Made by a program: the position numbers and the translations under genes. A stretch of DNA of 64,000 nt. Origin: Octopus vulgaris. Lineage: Eukaryota. Where the stretch lies: the NCBI GenBank assembly GCA_951406725.2, contig OX597823.1, forward strand, positions 77,686,001 through 77,750,000, given 5' to 3'. This document shows, piece after piece, positions 1 through 9,870 of the stretch. The notes under the pieces were generated by a model. The model saw only the letters and a program-made list of their open reading frames with translations. It did not search any database and was not told the DNA's origin. Each line of letters begins with the position of its first letter. Positions within the stretch are counted from its first letter, which is position 1.

Positions 1-861
1 ATACAAAGCAAAAATTCTTCTTGTCATCATCTCTGCCAACCCCATTACTCAATTGATGCTGTAGGAATAAAAAGCTGTGTTATTCCGTTATACTACTACT
101 ACTACTACTACTGCTGCTACTGCTGCTGCTTTTAATGTACATATAAAAGGAGAAAGGAACAGGGAATAGGAGAAGATAAAACCAAAAATAAGATGTAAGG
201 ATAAGTGACAAAAGAAAATAGAAAACACACTTTGAACCAAGTCCTTCATGATGCTTGTTCTGCAGCAAGTTACAGACACTCCCTTGAAACATTCCTCGAC
301 CTCTACATCCCACCACCACCATCATTAGAAATGTAATAAATCAGGTGATTGGCCTATTAGAAATCTGTAACTAATGAAGCTATTGTTCAATAATTGCACC
401 CCCCTACAAAAAAAAAATTATTAAAAATAAAGTAAATTATCAAATCAACCAATTATACTAGTTTTTTGTTTGTTTACTTTTGTTTTTCGGGAATGTTTTT
501 TTTTTTTCTTCCTGAACATTGAAAGAATTTTAGCAAAGTCAGCTGTTGACATGAAGAAGTTAGTTTCAATTGTTTTCTTAGAATTTAAGACATACTTTCA
601 GAAAGTTGCCAAAAGATAATGATCTAGTTCTTGCATTTCATCCATTTTTTTTTAAATATTTTTTTTTTAATTCTGAAAATTTATGAATTTATTAACCCTT
701 TTGTGACTGTATTTTTAATGACTGGGTACTGTATTAGTTTTTTATTTTTTCCATTTTGCAACATAGTCAAGACTACAGAAGAATTTAGTATAATATCTGA
801 AACCACATGTAAATATATATACATACATACACACACATATATATGTATGTATATATATATA

Positions 862-1250
862 TTCTTTTATTCTTTTATTTGATTGAGTCAGTTGATTGTG
901 GCTATGCTGGAGCACTGCCTTTAGTCGAACAAATCAACTCCATGACTTATTCTCTGTAAGCCTAGTACTTATTCTATCGGTCTCTTTTGCTGAACTGCTA
1001 AGTTATGGGGACATAACCACACCAGCATCGGTTGTCAAGTGATGGTGGTGGGGACAAATACAGACACACAAATTCACACACACACACATATATATATGAT
1101 GGGCTTCTTCTAGTTTCCATCTACCAAATCCACTCACAAGACTTTGGTCAGCCTGAAGCTATAGTAGAAGATACTTGCCCAAGGTGCCATGCAGTGGGAC
1201 TGAACCCGGAACCATGTGGTTGGTAAGCAAGCTACTTACCACACAGCCAT
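862..1250 (-). mobile_element. tRNA-derived SINE, family A (near full length, internal CA/TA microsatellite)
   Basis: Minus strand reads TGGCTGTGTGGTAAG (A-box) ... GGTTCAGTCCC (B-box), then GGCACCTTGGGCAAGT (CORE-like); highly similar to copies at 26682 and 34590. Confidence 0.9.
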
Positions 1251-1261
1251 CTCCCAATCTT

Positions 1262-1360
1262 GTTCCAGGTTCAGTCCCACTGAAATATCTTCTACTATAG
1301 CCTCAGGCTGGCCAAAGCCTTGTGAGAGGATTTGGTAGACAAAAACGGAAAGAAGCCCAT

Positions 1361-1406
<46 letters not shown>

Positions 1407-1592
1407 TGTGTTTGTGTTTGCCCCCACCCTACCAATGTTTGACAGCCAGTGTTGTTTTGTTTACGTCCCTATAACTTGGTGGTTCTGCAAGAGAGAGTGA
1501 GATCAATTTGTTTGACTAAAACCTTCTAAGGTGATGCCCCAGCATTGCTGCAATCCAATGGCAGAATCAAATAAAATGTAAAAGATAAAAAG
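1262..1592 (+). mobile_element. SINE family A, 5'-truncated, head-to-head with the previous copy
   Basis: GTTCCAGGTTCAGTCCCACTG...CTTCTACTATAGCCTC...GGATTTGGTAGAC, (TG)n, then family A body and AAAAGAT tail. Confidence 0.85.
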
Positions 1593-1847
1593 ATGGATTA
1601 GTATCCAGTAGCATATCTCTGCAAATAATTATTCCTACCGTTGGCAGAAGGCTTTAAAGTTTCAAGGAAGGAATAGAAGTCAACTTCATAGAATCCAGTA
1701 TTAGACATATTCTTTCTCAACCTCTGAAAGATGAAAGTCAGTGATGACACTGATAGGGTTTCAACTCAACATGCAAAGCACTTTAATTAGATCCTGCACA
1801 GCAATTTGCTTGTCATTCTAAAATAATGCTAACTCAGTGCTTAAATA

Positions 1848-2062
1848 AGGGTTTCAAATTTTGGTACAAAGCCAGCAATTTTTGAAGGGATGGGGAAACC
1901 AATGACATCAACTTCTGTATTTCACTGATACTATTTTATCAACCCTAGAAAGATGAAGGGCAAAAACAATTTCAGCAGAATTTGAACTTAGAACATACAG
2001 ACGGATGAAATACTGGTAAGCGTTTTTGTCTGTCATGCTAACAGTTCTGCTAGCTTGTTGCC
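1848..2062 (-). mobile_element. tRNA-derived SINE, family B (diverged); a more decayed copy lies at about 1625-1835
   Basis: GAATTTGAACT(C/T)AGAAC B-box region and GAAAGATGAAGGGC central domain shared with the intact copy at 9011. Confidence 0.75.
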
Positions 2063-2119
2063 TTGCTCTGTGCTTATATAATAGCAATAAAGAACTTCTT
2101 GAGTGGTTCAAGACTACAA

Positions 2120-2268
2120 TGTTGCTTTAGCCCTGGGTCAGCCTTGACTGGGAAAACCTATGATCAAAAGCATTCCAGCTTTGACCATCATAGTGCATCT
2201 ACTCTAGTGTATTCTTCCTTTTCAAAGATATGATTTGAGTAAGATTTGGCTGTTATTTCTTGCAGATA
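2120..2268 (-). repeat. Interspersed repeat family E (SINE-like, ends GGGCTGACCTGGGGCTAAACAAC)
   Basis: Reverse complement matches copies at 14070, 28430, 35295 and 52245. Confidence 0.65.
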
Positions 2269-2868
2269 GATTATTCTGCTGCAAACAAGTGTCTTTCATT
2301 TTGTCCAGTTAGCTTCAGATTTCTCTTCAGGCAAGGTTATTAAAACTGAGCAGAAGACCTCAAAACTTTCAAATCATGTAACCCATGCCAGCATGGAAAA
2401 CAGATAACCATGATCATCATCATCACAATCATCATCAGAATATACCCTTTTTTACTTGCATCATACAAGATATCATGTCTTTTTTAAAAGATAAATGTTT
2501 TATCAACCGCAAAAGAGGAAAAGCCCTGTTGATGAACTTGGATGATAGCCAGATCTACCTTACACATAATAACTACTGTTTAACACAACAGGTTACCAGT
2601 GCCAGGATGCTGCACAAATGAATGCAGGATGGGTTTGTCACTATATGGACATCACAGATAAATCTGTCTCATGGCACTACCATTCCTGTAGAATTTGTCT
2701 CAAACTGGCAACACTCCATCAGCACCATCGCCCAACTTTGCTAATAGTGCTAGACCATGGGCCCAGGAACAAGGGGTACTGGCAGTGCACTTGCACCAAC
2801 TAAAATTTTTGTGGAATGCAAAATCAAAATTTGCACCCCTACTTACATTTCTCAGGTGTAGAAAACCT

Positions 2869-3175
2869 CTTCTTGATGTTCCTTCTTGAGCCATGCCTGG
2901 CTCATAAGGGCCGGTTTCCTGGTTTCTTGGCATATCGGTTTCCCACGTGGATGGGACACCAGTCCGTCACAGGTGAGGTGCAAGATGCAGGAGGAAAGAG
3001 TGAGAGAAAGTTGTGGCAAAAGAGTCCGCAGAAGTTCGCCATTACCTTCTGCCGGAGTCACGTGGAGCTTTGGTATTTCGCTCATAAACACACACATTGC
3101 CCAATCTGAGATTCGAACCCGCGATCCCTTGACCATGAGTCCACTGCTCTAACCACTAGGCCATGTGCCTCCACT
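2869..3175 (-). mobile_element. tRNA-derived SINE, family C (tail type 2), with 15-bp TSD
   Basis: Head GGAGGCACATGGCCTAGTGGTTAGAGCAGTGGACTC...GGTTCGAATCTC; perfect flanking direct repeat AGGTGTAGAAAACCT at 2854-2868 and 3176-3190. Confidence 0.92.
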
Positions 3176-4191
3176 AGGTGTAGAAAACCTGTAAACCTGT
3201 AAAAAGTATCTTGAATTAGGTTTCTTCTCAAAGAACAACGAACATAAATAAATAAATAAAAACACATAACCTTCTTTGTAATAACTTTTGGGCCTGGGTT
3301 TGCACACTCTAAGCAAATTTCATACCCGAGCCAATGTGCTAGACCAGGAATTTCTGAAAATTTTCCATAGTTTGTCTTCTTCTTGGAAATCCTCTAGAAA
3401 AGGCTATTCAGTAAAACTTCACTGATGCTTTGAATCACTCCTAGAAATGACATCACTCTCACCCCCCCACACCCCGCTAACCCTCTGCAGTATATGAAGA
3501 TTGACATAATGCAGATCATGGAACCCAACTGGTAGAGAACTGAGAGCACCTGTCAATAATGGTAATAATTATAATAACTCTAACACAACAACGGTAATAG
3601 CAATGGTAGTATTAGTGATAAATATTCAACTCCCTGTTGTATTTATGCATCGAGAAATTTTAGGATTTAGAATTTTATAGCTGGGTGCCATGTCTATGCT
3701 TCAGATTTAGTGGTGTATACAAGCTGTTGTCATTTCATCAGTCAACTTTTATGGCAGGTAAATGGCAGACTGTACTATAGTAAATCAGTAAAATGTGGGT
3801 TTATTGCTTGTACAAATAGATTTTCCCTGCAACTAGAAATTGAATTATTACTATAGTTTGATACTGCTTAGTTTCAGTGAGGTAATGCATGCAGATGTTT
3901 CAGAATTAATTGAGCATGTCATGTCATGTTTATACATGCCTACATGTATGTGTGCATATGCATACACACACATACACATACAGCCACTCCTGTGTACACA
4001 CTTACAAAAGCAAATACATGTATATATACACATTTTTGTATGTATATACAGACATTTACATACACATGTGCACACACTGCACACATTTAGATGTTTCTCT
4101 TTGCACACATATGTCTGTATGTTGATACTCAAACCAAATTCCAAAATAAATACAGACATATGCATGAATAGATGTGTGTATGTGTACATAA

Positions 4192-4468
4192 GCAACGTGG
4201 CCAATGTCGGTGCCACTTGACTGGCACCCGTGCTGGTGGAATATAAAAAGCACCATACAAGCATGGTCAATGCCAGTGCTGCCTGACTGGCCCCCATGCC
4301 GGTGGCACATAAAGAGCACCCACCACACTCTTGGGAGGAGCTGTAGATCAGATTGTTTGAACCAGATTAGATTGAAGCCTGGTGCAGCACCCAGCTTGCC
4401 AATCCTCAGGCAAACCATCCAACCCATGCCAGCATGGAAAGCAGACGTTAAACAATGATTATGATAGG
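4192..4468 (+). mobile_element. RTE-tailed non-autonomous retroelement, family R, with two ~65-bp tandem units
   Basis: 3' end CCAACCCATGCCAGCATGGAAAGCAGACGTTAAAC plus GAT-like tail; unit TGACTGGC..GTGC(C/T)GGTGG..TAAA(A/G)AGCACC occurs twice. Confidence 0.8.
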
Positions 4469-4490
4469 ACAATGATATATATATATATAT

Positions 4491-4760
4491 TGTTCATTTA
4501 CAAGAATGTTGTTGACAGTAACTTTGAAGTTTTGGCCAGCTAAGCTATCACCAGATTGCAACGCATTGGAGTTAGTTTTGCCTTTGTATTGTCTCTGTTG
4601 AGTTAAATATCATCTTTGGGTGTGTGGGTTTATGATGGTTTAGCTGGCTAAAACTCCGAAGTAGTTGTCAACAGTCTTGGATGAGTATAAGAATAATAGA
4701 GTAATCCATCAGATTAATGTAAAATTGTTTTTATTATAACTAAACATAAAAACAAACAAT
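4491..4760. mobile_element. Fold-back element with two inverted, decayed hammerhead-like motifs (Penelope-like terminus) between (TA)n tracts
   Basis: 4511-4550 and 4633-4672 are inverted repeats (32/40); inferred consensus CTGATGA-T-GGC-TTAGCTG-GCC-GAA-ACTTCGAAGT-A-GTTG. Confidence 0.6.
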
Positions 4761-4772
4761 ATATATATGTAT

Positions 4773-5077
4773 ATCACGTGATCACGTGACCGACTAGACC
4801 ATCAGATGTTGTTACACATCGCTGGTCACAATGCATTCGCATTGTTTTAGCCTTCGAATGACGCCATCCCACTGGCTAAGCGATCAGGCCAACAGAAGAA
4901 AGAGTGGGAGAAAGAGTGGTGAAAGAGTACAGCAGGGATCACCACCCCCTGCCGGAGCCTCGTGGAGCTTTTAGGTGTTTTTGCTCAATAAACACTCACA
5001 ACGCCCGGTCTGGGAATCGAAACTGCAATCCTGCAACCACGAGTCCGCTGCCCTAACCACTAGGCCATTGCGCCTCC
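4773..5077 (-). mobile_element. tRNA-derived SINE, family C (tail type 1 ending (CACGTGAT)2)
   Basis: Head GGAGGCGCAATGGCCTAGTGGTTAGGGCAGCGGACTCG...GTTTCGATTCCC; CpG-rich, so probably young; TCG in the anticodon-like position fits a tRNA-Arg origin as described for octopus OR SINEs. Confidence 0.9.
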
Positions 5078-5285
5078 ACTATATGTATATATACACATTA
5101 ATCTCTTGCCATATCATGGTTCACCTATTGCCGTTCACCTATTGCAGTTTATTATTTAAGCTTGCGCCAGTTCCTCCGTGGTGTTGTTTTACATTTATAA
5201 TAAAATGAATATTCTTTTATATGTTCCATTCCAGTGACTGTGGCCATGCTGGAGCACAAATTATAAAAATAAAAAAAAATATATA

Positions 5286-5372
5286 CAGTGCAGTACTGTT
5301 TCTACTTAGTGGAGTTTTACTTATCACAGGGGTTTCTGGAACATAATACCCACAATAGATGAGAGATTACTG
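5286..5372 (-). mobile_element. Tigger/pogo-like MITE fragment
   Basis: TA|CAGT...ACTG|TA ends; minus strand CAGTAATCTCTCATCTATTGTGGG resembles a CpG-decayed Tigger TIR. Confidence 0.55.
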
Positions 5373-5502
5373 TATAGCTTTCGACCAAACAACACCCAAG
5401 CACAAATAAAATCAGCAAGCCCAGAATATATTTCTACTCTTATGGCATAGCTTTGCTTTGAAATGATCTTGGGAGATATTCTCCTAGATCTTTAGAAATT
5501 TT

Positions 5503-5615
5503 GCCGGATCGGATTGGAGCCTGGTACAGCCTTCTGGCTTGTCAGCCATCAGTCAAACCATCCAACCCATGCCAGCATGGAAAGTGGACGTTAAACAATT
5601 ATAATGATGATGGTG
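5503..5615 (+). mobile_element. Family R 3' fragment
   Basis: GATTGGAGCCTGGT...CCATCCAACCCATGCCAGCATGGAAAGTGGACGTTAAAC plus GAT tail. Confidence 0.8.
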
Positions 5616-6019
5616 ATCTTTACAAAGCAATTCTCAGGAAGACCAGTAAAAGGGGAGGAGGTCGAGGTGGAAGAAATTGTAATGGAATTGACCATGTGTC
5701 TAAGTGTGTTTAGTGTTACTTCCTTACAATAAGAGTTCAAATTCTGCCAAAGTCAACATGTCCCTTTCATCTTTCGAGACTTAAGAGAACAACTAGTAGA
5801 TCATTTATTATTTACTGATATTTATTCAAACCCTTCTCTGTATGGACATAGTTCTGGCTTTGTGTCAATGCAAAAGACCATTATTATGAAGAAGTAAAAG
5901 AAACGCAACTTGTATGACACGAATATATGAAGAACTATTAATATTGTAATGAATGATTAAAAGCACTATCTAAGCTTCATATATATTGTAGACTTATGAA
6001 CTACACTGTGTGTACGTAT

Positions 6020-6020
6020 G

Positions 6021-6088
<68 letters not shown>

Positions 6089-6245
6089 TATAAATATATA
6101 TATTTATGTATATATATAAATATAAATATATATATATATGCATATATATATATGTGCATATATATATATATGTGCATGTATATATATATATATGTGTGTG
6201 TGCATATATATATATATATGTGTGTGCATATATATATATATGTGC

Positions 6246-6292
<47 letters not shown>

Positions 6293-6311
6293 CACACACA
6301 TATATATATGC

Positions 6312-6342
<31 letters not shown>

Positions 6343-6390
6343 TACACATATATATATGCATATATATATATATAAATATATATATACTTC
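6020..6390. repeat. Long interrupted (TA)n microsatellite
   Basis: Direct reading; source of the YIYI ORFs. Confidence 0.97.
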
Positions 6391-6559
6391 CATACATATA
6401 TGAGTAAGATATAGAAGTAATCCTTATGCATATGATTGCAAGCCTAGAGGGTTTCTTTGTAGTTTCTTCGCTGAAGATATATGCAGATGAGAATATTTTC
6501 TTCAAAAAGATTTGGTTCTATTTGTAGCAAAGTTTTATCTTTGCAGGCATAACCATTTT

Positions 6560-6560
<1 letters not shown>

Positions 6561-6637
<77 letters not shown>

Positions 6638-6688
6638 CAACCACCACCACCACTACCACATCATCATCATCATCATCATCATCATCAT
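6561..6688. repeat. Compound trinucleotide microsatellite (ACT)n(ACC)n(ATC)n
   Basis: Direct reading. Confidence 0.95.
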
Positions 6689-7124
6689 ATTCTTTTTTTT
6701 TTATTCTTTTACATCTTTAGACATAGAAATGTTGCCGCTGTGCTATGCAGAAAAATCTGTCATGACTAGAATATACTAGAATGCTTTGGGGGTGGGGTGG
6801 GGTGGGGTTAAGTGGAAAGAGTGAGGAGAAGTGAAGCAGTGTATGTTTAGACAAAAATAAGAAAGGGTTGTTATTTTGCCAACAGTTTACCTGAAACTTG
6901 AGACACTGACAAAATTAGGAGGTAAATAATTTGGATGCTTCTCAGCTTCAATTTTTATTTTTCCCCCTTCCTCCCCCCTTCAACAGCTCAACTCAAACAT
7001 TTGATGGGATAAGTATAATTACAAATTCAGGTACATAATTTGAGACCATAACAGCTTTCGCTCTCTTTGTCTTTCTTTCTTTGATCTGGCTGTCATGTTG
7101 ATTTGGTGACAATGTCGCTCATTG

Positions 7125-7440
7125 TTATTCTGTTGTTGATGTTTGTTCTTTCTCGAACCATACCTGGCTCATAAGGGCCGGTTTCCTGGTTTCATTGGTA
7201 TATAGGTTCCCCACCTGGATGGGACACTGGTCCATCGCAGGTGAGCTGCTAGATGCAGGAGGAAAGAGTGAGAGAAAGTTGTGGTGAAAGGGTCTGCAAA
7301 AGTTCGCCATTACCTTCTGCTGGAGCTACATGGAGCTTAGGTGCTTCACTTATAAACATACACATTACTCGATCTGAGATTCGAACCTGCAATCCCTTGA
7401 CAGCAAGTCTACTGCTTTAACCACTAGGCCATGTGCCTCC
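7125..7440 (-). mobile_element. SINE family C (tail type 2)
   Basis: Colinear with 2869-3175; degenerate TSD AATGTCGCTCATT (7111-7123) / AATGTCACTGATT (7443-7455). Confidence 0.9.
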
Positions 7441-7471
7441 AAAATGTCACTGATTAGTAGTTAGTAATATT

Positions 7472-7682
7472 AGTCTCAAATTTTGACACAAGGCCAGCAG
7501 TTTTGGAGGAGGGAGATAAGTAAATTACATTGACCCCAATATTCAACTGGTACTTATTTTATCGATTCCAAAAGGATGAAAGACAAAGTCAACTTTGATG
7601 GAATTTGAACTCAGAATATGAAGACAGGTGAAATGCCACTAAGCATTTTTCCCAGTGTGCTAATGATTCTGCCAGCTCACCA
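7472..7682 (-). mobile_element. SINE family B
   Basis: CTGGTACTTATTTTATCGA..AAAGGATGAAAG..GAATTTGAACTCAGAA..TTCTGCCAGCTCACC. Confidence 0.85.
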
Positions 7683-7711
7683 CTTTATTAGTAGTCATTA
7701 ATGTTTAATAG

Positions 7712-8060
7712 TGAAGGCATCTGACTCGGTGTTTAGACTGTCAGGCTCACAATCATGATGTAGTGAGTTCAATTTTCAAACCAGGCAATGTGTTGTGTTC
7801 TTGAGCAAGACACTTTGTTTCCTGTTGCTCCAGTTCACTTGCCTGTAGAAATGAGCTGCAATGTCACTGGTGCCAAGCTGTACCAGCCTTTGCCTTTCCC
7901 TTGGATAACACCAGAGGCATGGAGAGGGGAGGCTGGTATGCATGGGTGACTGCTGGTCTTCCATAAACAACCTTGCCCAAACTTGCCCCTCAGAGAGGAA
8001 CTTTCTAGGTGCAATCCCATGGTCATTCATGACTAAAAGGGGTCTTTATTCTTTTACCCT
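7712..8060 (+). mobile_element. tRNA-derived CORE-like SINE, family D
   Basis: tRNA-like head, then TTGTGTTCTTGAGCAAGACACTTT...CCAGTTCAC; body matches 38915-39245. Confidence 0.8.
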
Positions 8061-8377
8061 ACTATTGAAGGGTGTGTATGAGGCTAGTACAGCAAACAGA
8101 ATGCAGTATTACAACCAAAATAAATTTCATTTTTCCACTATTCAAGTTCAAATCCTTCCAGATGCATATTTTATTCTTCCTGGTTCAAATTTTTCCTTAT
8201 TTCTTTCAAGTTCAGTGAAATTAGTATCTGTATGAATTTTGTACACATACTTTAGAAAACTCTTTTTCTTTTATCTTCCACAAAAATTATTCTCATGTTT
8301 ATTCTAGAGAAAAAGAAAAGACTAACAAAATGTCAGAATTATTGGATCACCATACTGAATATTTTATATCATAATCT

Positions 8378-8800
8378 TTTAATGTCAACCTTTCTACCCT
8401 TGCATGAGCCAAAAAGAAATTGTTAAGATAGACTTTTCTCCAGCTGAATACTCTTCCTGTTGCCAACTTTCACCTCTTTCCAAACAAGCTGATATTTTTC
8501 CACAGTTAAACATGTTTTACATAGAAGACTAGAAATGAACAACCTTGACTGTTTGCCAGTTATGCTCATTTACAAATATCATGTGATGGCTAGACAAGGG
8601 TACACACAAAGACACACACACACACACACACATATGAGAGGCCTCTTTCAGTTTCTGTCTAACATTCCCACTTCCAAGGCTTTGGTCTGCCTGGTGCTAC
8701 TGTAGAAGACATTTACCCAGGGTCAGGGTGTCCATGTAGTAGGACAGAATCCGGAACCATTTGGTTGAAAAGCAAGCATCTCAACCACATAATTACGCCT
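8378..8800 (-). mobile_element. Composite SINE: family A head + (TG)n + different body + RTE-like tail (A2)
   Basis: 8640-8800 matches the family A head; 8378-8600 resembles 38490-38720 and the reverse complement of 57720-57950. Confidence 0.6.
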
Positions 8801-8940
8801 CTGTGTGTGTAGGAGGGGGTTGTTGAGTTGCAGATTCCATAACAGATGGATTTACTTTTCATTATCCAGTTGATTAATTACATAAAGTACCATTACCTAT
8901 TTAGCCACTGAGGCACTACTCAAGACTTTATTAGCATTCC

Positions 8941-9320
8941 TTATATCTGGGACAACATGCAAATATTTGGGACAACATACTGTGTAGCTGGGGACAATAT
9001 GCATGTATTTATTTCTTTACTACCCACAAGGGGTTAAACACAGAGGGGACAAACAAGGACAGACAAATGGATTAAGTCGATTACATCGACCCAGTGCATA
9101 ACTAGTACTTAATTTATCAACCCCGAAAGGGTGAAAGGCAAGGTCGACCTCGACAGAATTTGAACTCAGAACGCAGTGGCGGATGAAATACCGCAAAGCA
9201 TTTCGCCCGGCGTGCTAACGTTTCTGCCAGATCGCTGTATGTATTTGGGACATGCTGTGTAGCTGGGAACAACATGTGGTATATCTGGGACAATATGCAA
9301 TGCTATAGCTGGTATAACAT
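8941..9320. repeat. ~20-bp minisatellite (TATNTGGGACAACATGC) split by a SINE
   Basis: At least 6 degenerate GGGACAA(C/T)AT units on both sides of the SINE at 9011-9235. Confidence 0.8.
9011..9235 (-). mobile_element. SINE family B, near-intact, with 11-bp TSD
   Basis: Head CTGGCAGAAACGTTAGCACGCCGGGCGAAATGC...TGAGTTCAAATTC; central GTCGACCTTGCCTTTCACCCTTTCGGGG; TSD TGCATGTATTT (9000-9010) / TGTATGTATTT (9236-9246). Confidence 0.92.
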
Positions 9321-9414
9321 CACCAGTTCTGATCCAGTCTTGTTTATATTATATCCATAAAAAGAATTACATTCATTACTGAAAACAAACGAAACATATT
9401 AATTATAGTGTAAT

Positions 9415-9870
9415 GTAGTGTGGGGAAAAGGTTGGATAAAATGCTGTATTGAATTCAGTTACTTCCCTTTACATTCTGAATTTGAATTCTGCAAAGGTCA
9501 GCTTTGTGGTTCATCTTTCTGTGGGTTGATAGAATAAGTACAAGTGAAATATAGAGATCAATATAATCAATGATTCTCCAACCTCCTAAATGTGAAGTGT
9601 TGTGACTACCTTATGTGAGGCTTTGAAGTTATGTTAGAAACCAAATATAGTTGTCCAGACAGCAGTGAGTATCAGAATCAATAGAGCAATAGAAAATTAC
9701 TTAATGATAATTAGTTGTAATCCTTTATGTTCTGAGTTCAATTCTCACCAAAATCAGATTTCACTTTTATCTTCCTGGGCCAGTGAAATAAATAGAACGT
9801 ATGTCTTGTAGATTCATTAAATTGAAAATACCTTCGTCATAGATTTGTGACTTCGTTGTTTCTTTTAGAA
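9415..9870 (+). mobile_element. Two tandem decayed family B SINEs
   Basis: TTCTGAATTTGAATTCTGC..TTCATCTTTC and TTCTGAGTTCAATTCTC..TTTTATCTTCC remnants. Confidence 0.55.

Noticed and set aside
2695-3152. Cluster of normal-looking 60-97 aa ORFs
   Set aside because: Mostly overlap a TSD-bounded SINE; no recognisable protein motif.
5005-5077. tRNA-Arg-like gene (also other SINE heads)
   Set aside because: A/B boxes run straight into SINE bodies; no closed acceptor stem or oligo-T terminator.
5994-6505. Long YIYI/ICIY ORFs (also at 12.6, 13.5, 40, 45.3, 56 and 63 kb)
   Set aside because: Translations of (TA)n/(TG)n/(TACA)n, which lack stops in several frames.
5900-6555. Second Penelope GIY-YIG relic split by (TA)n (ALSKLHI; NPY..YADENI)
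   Set aside because: Motif matches too short to call without an HMM search.
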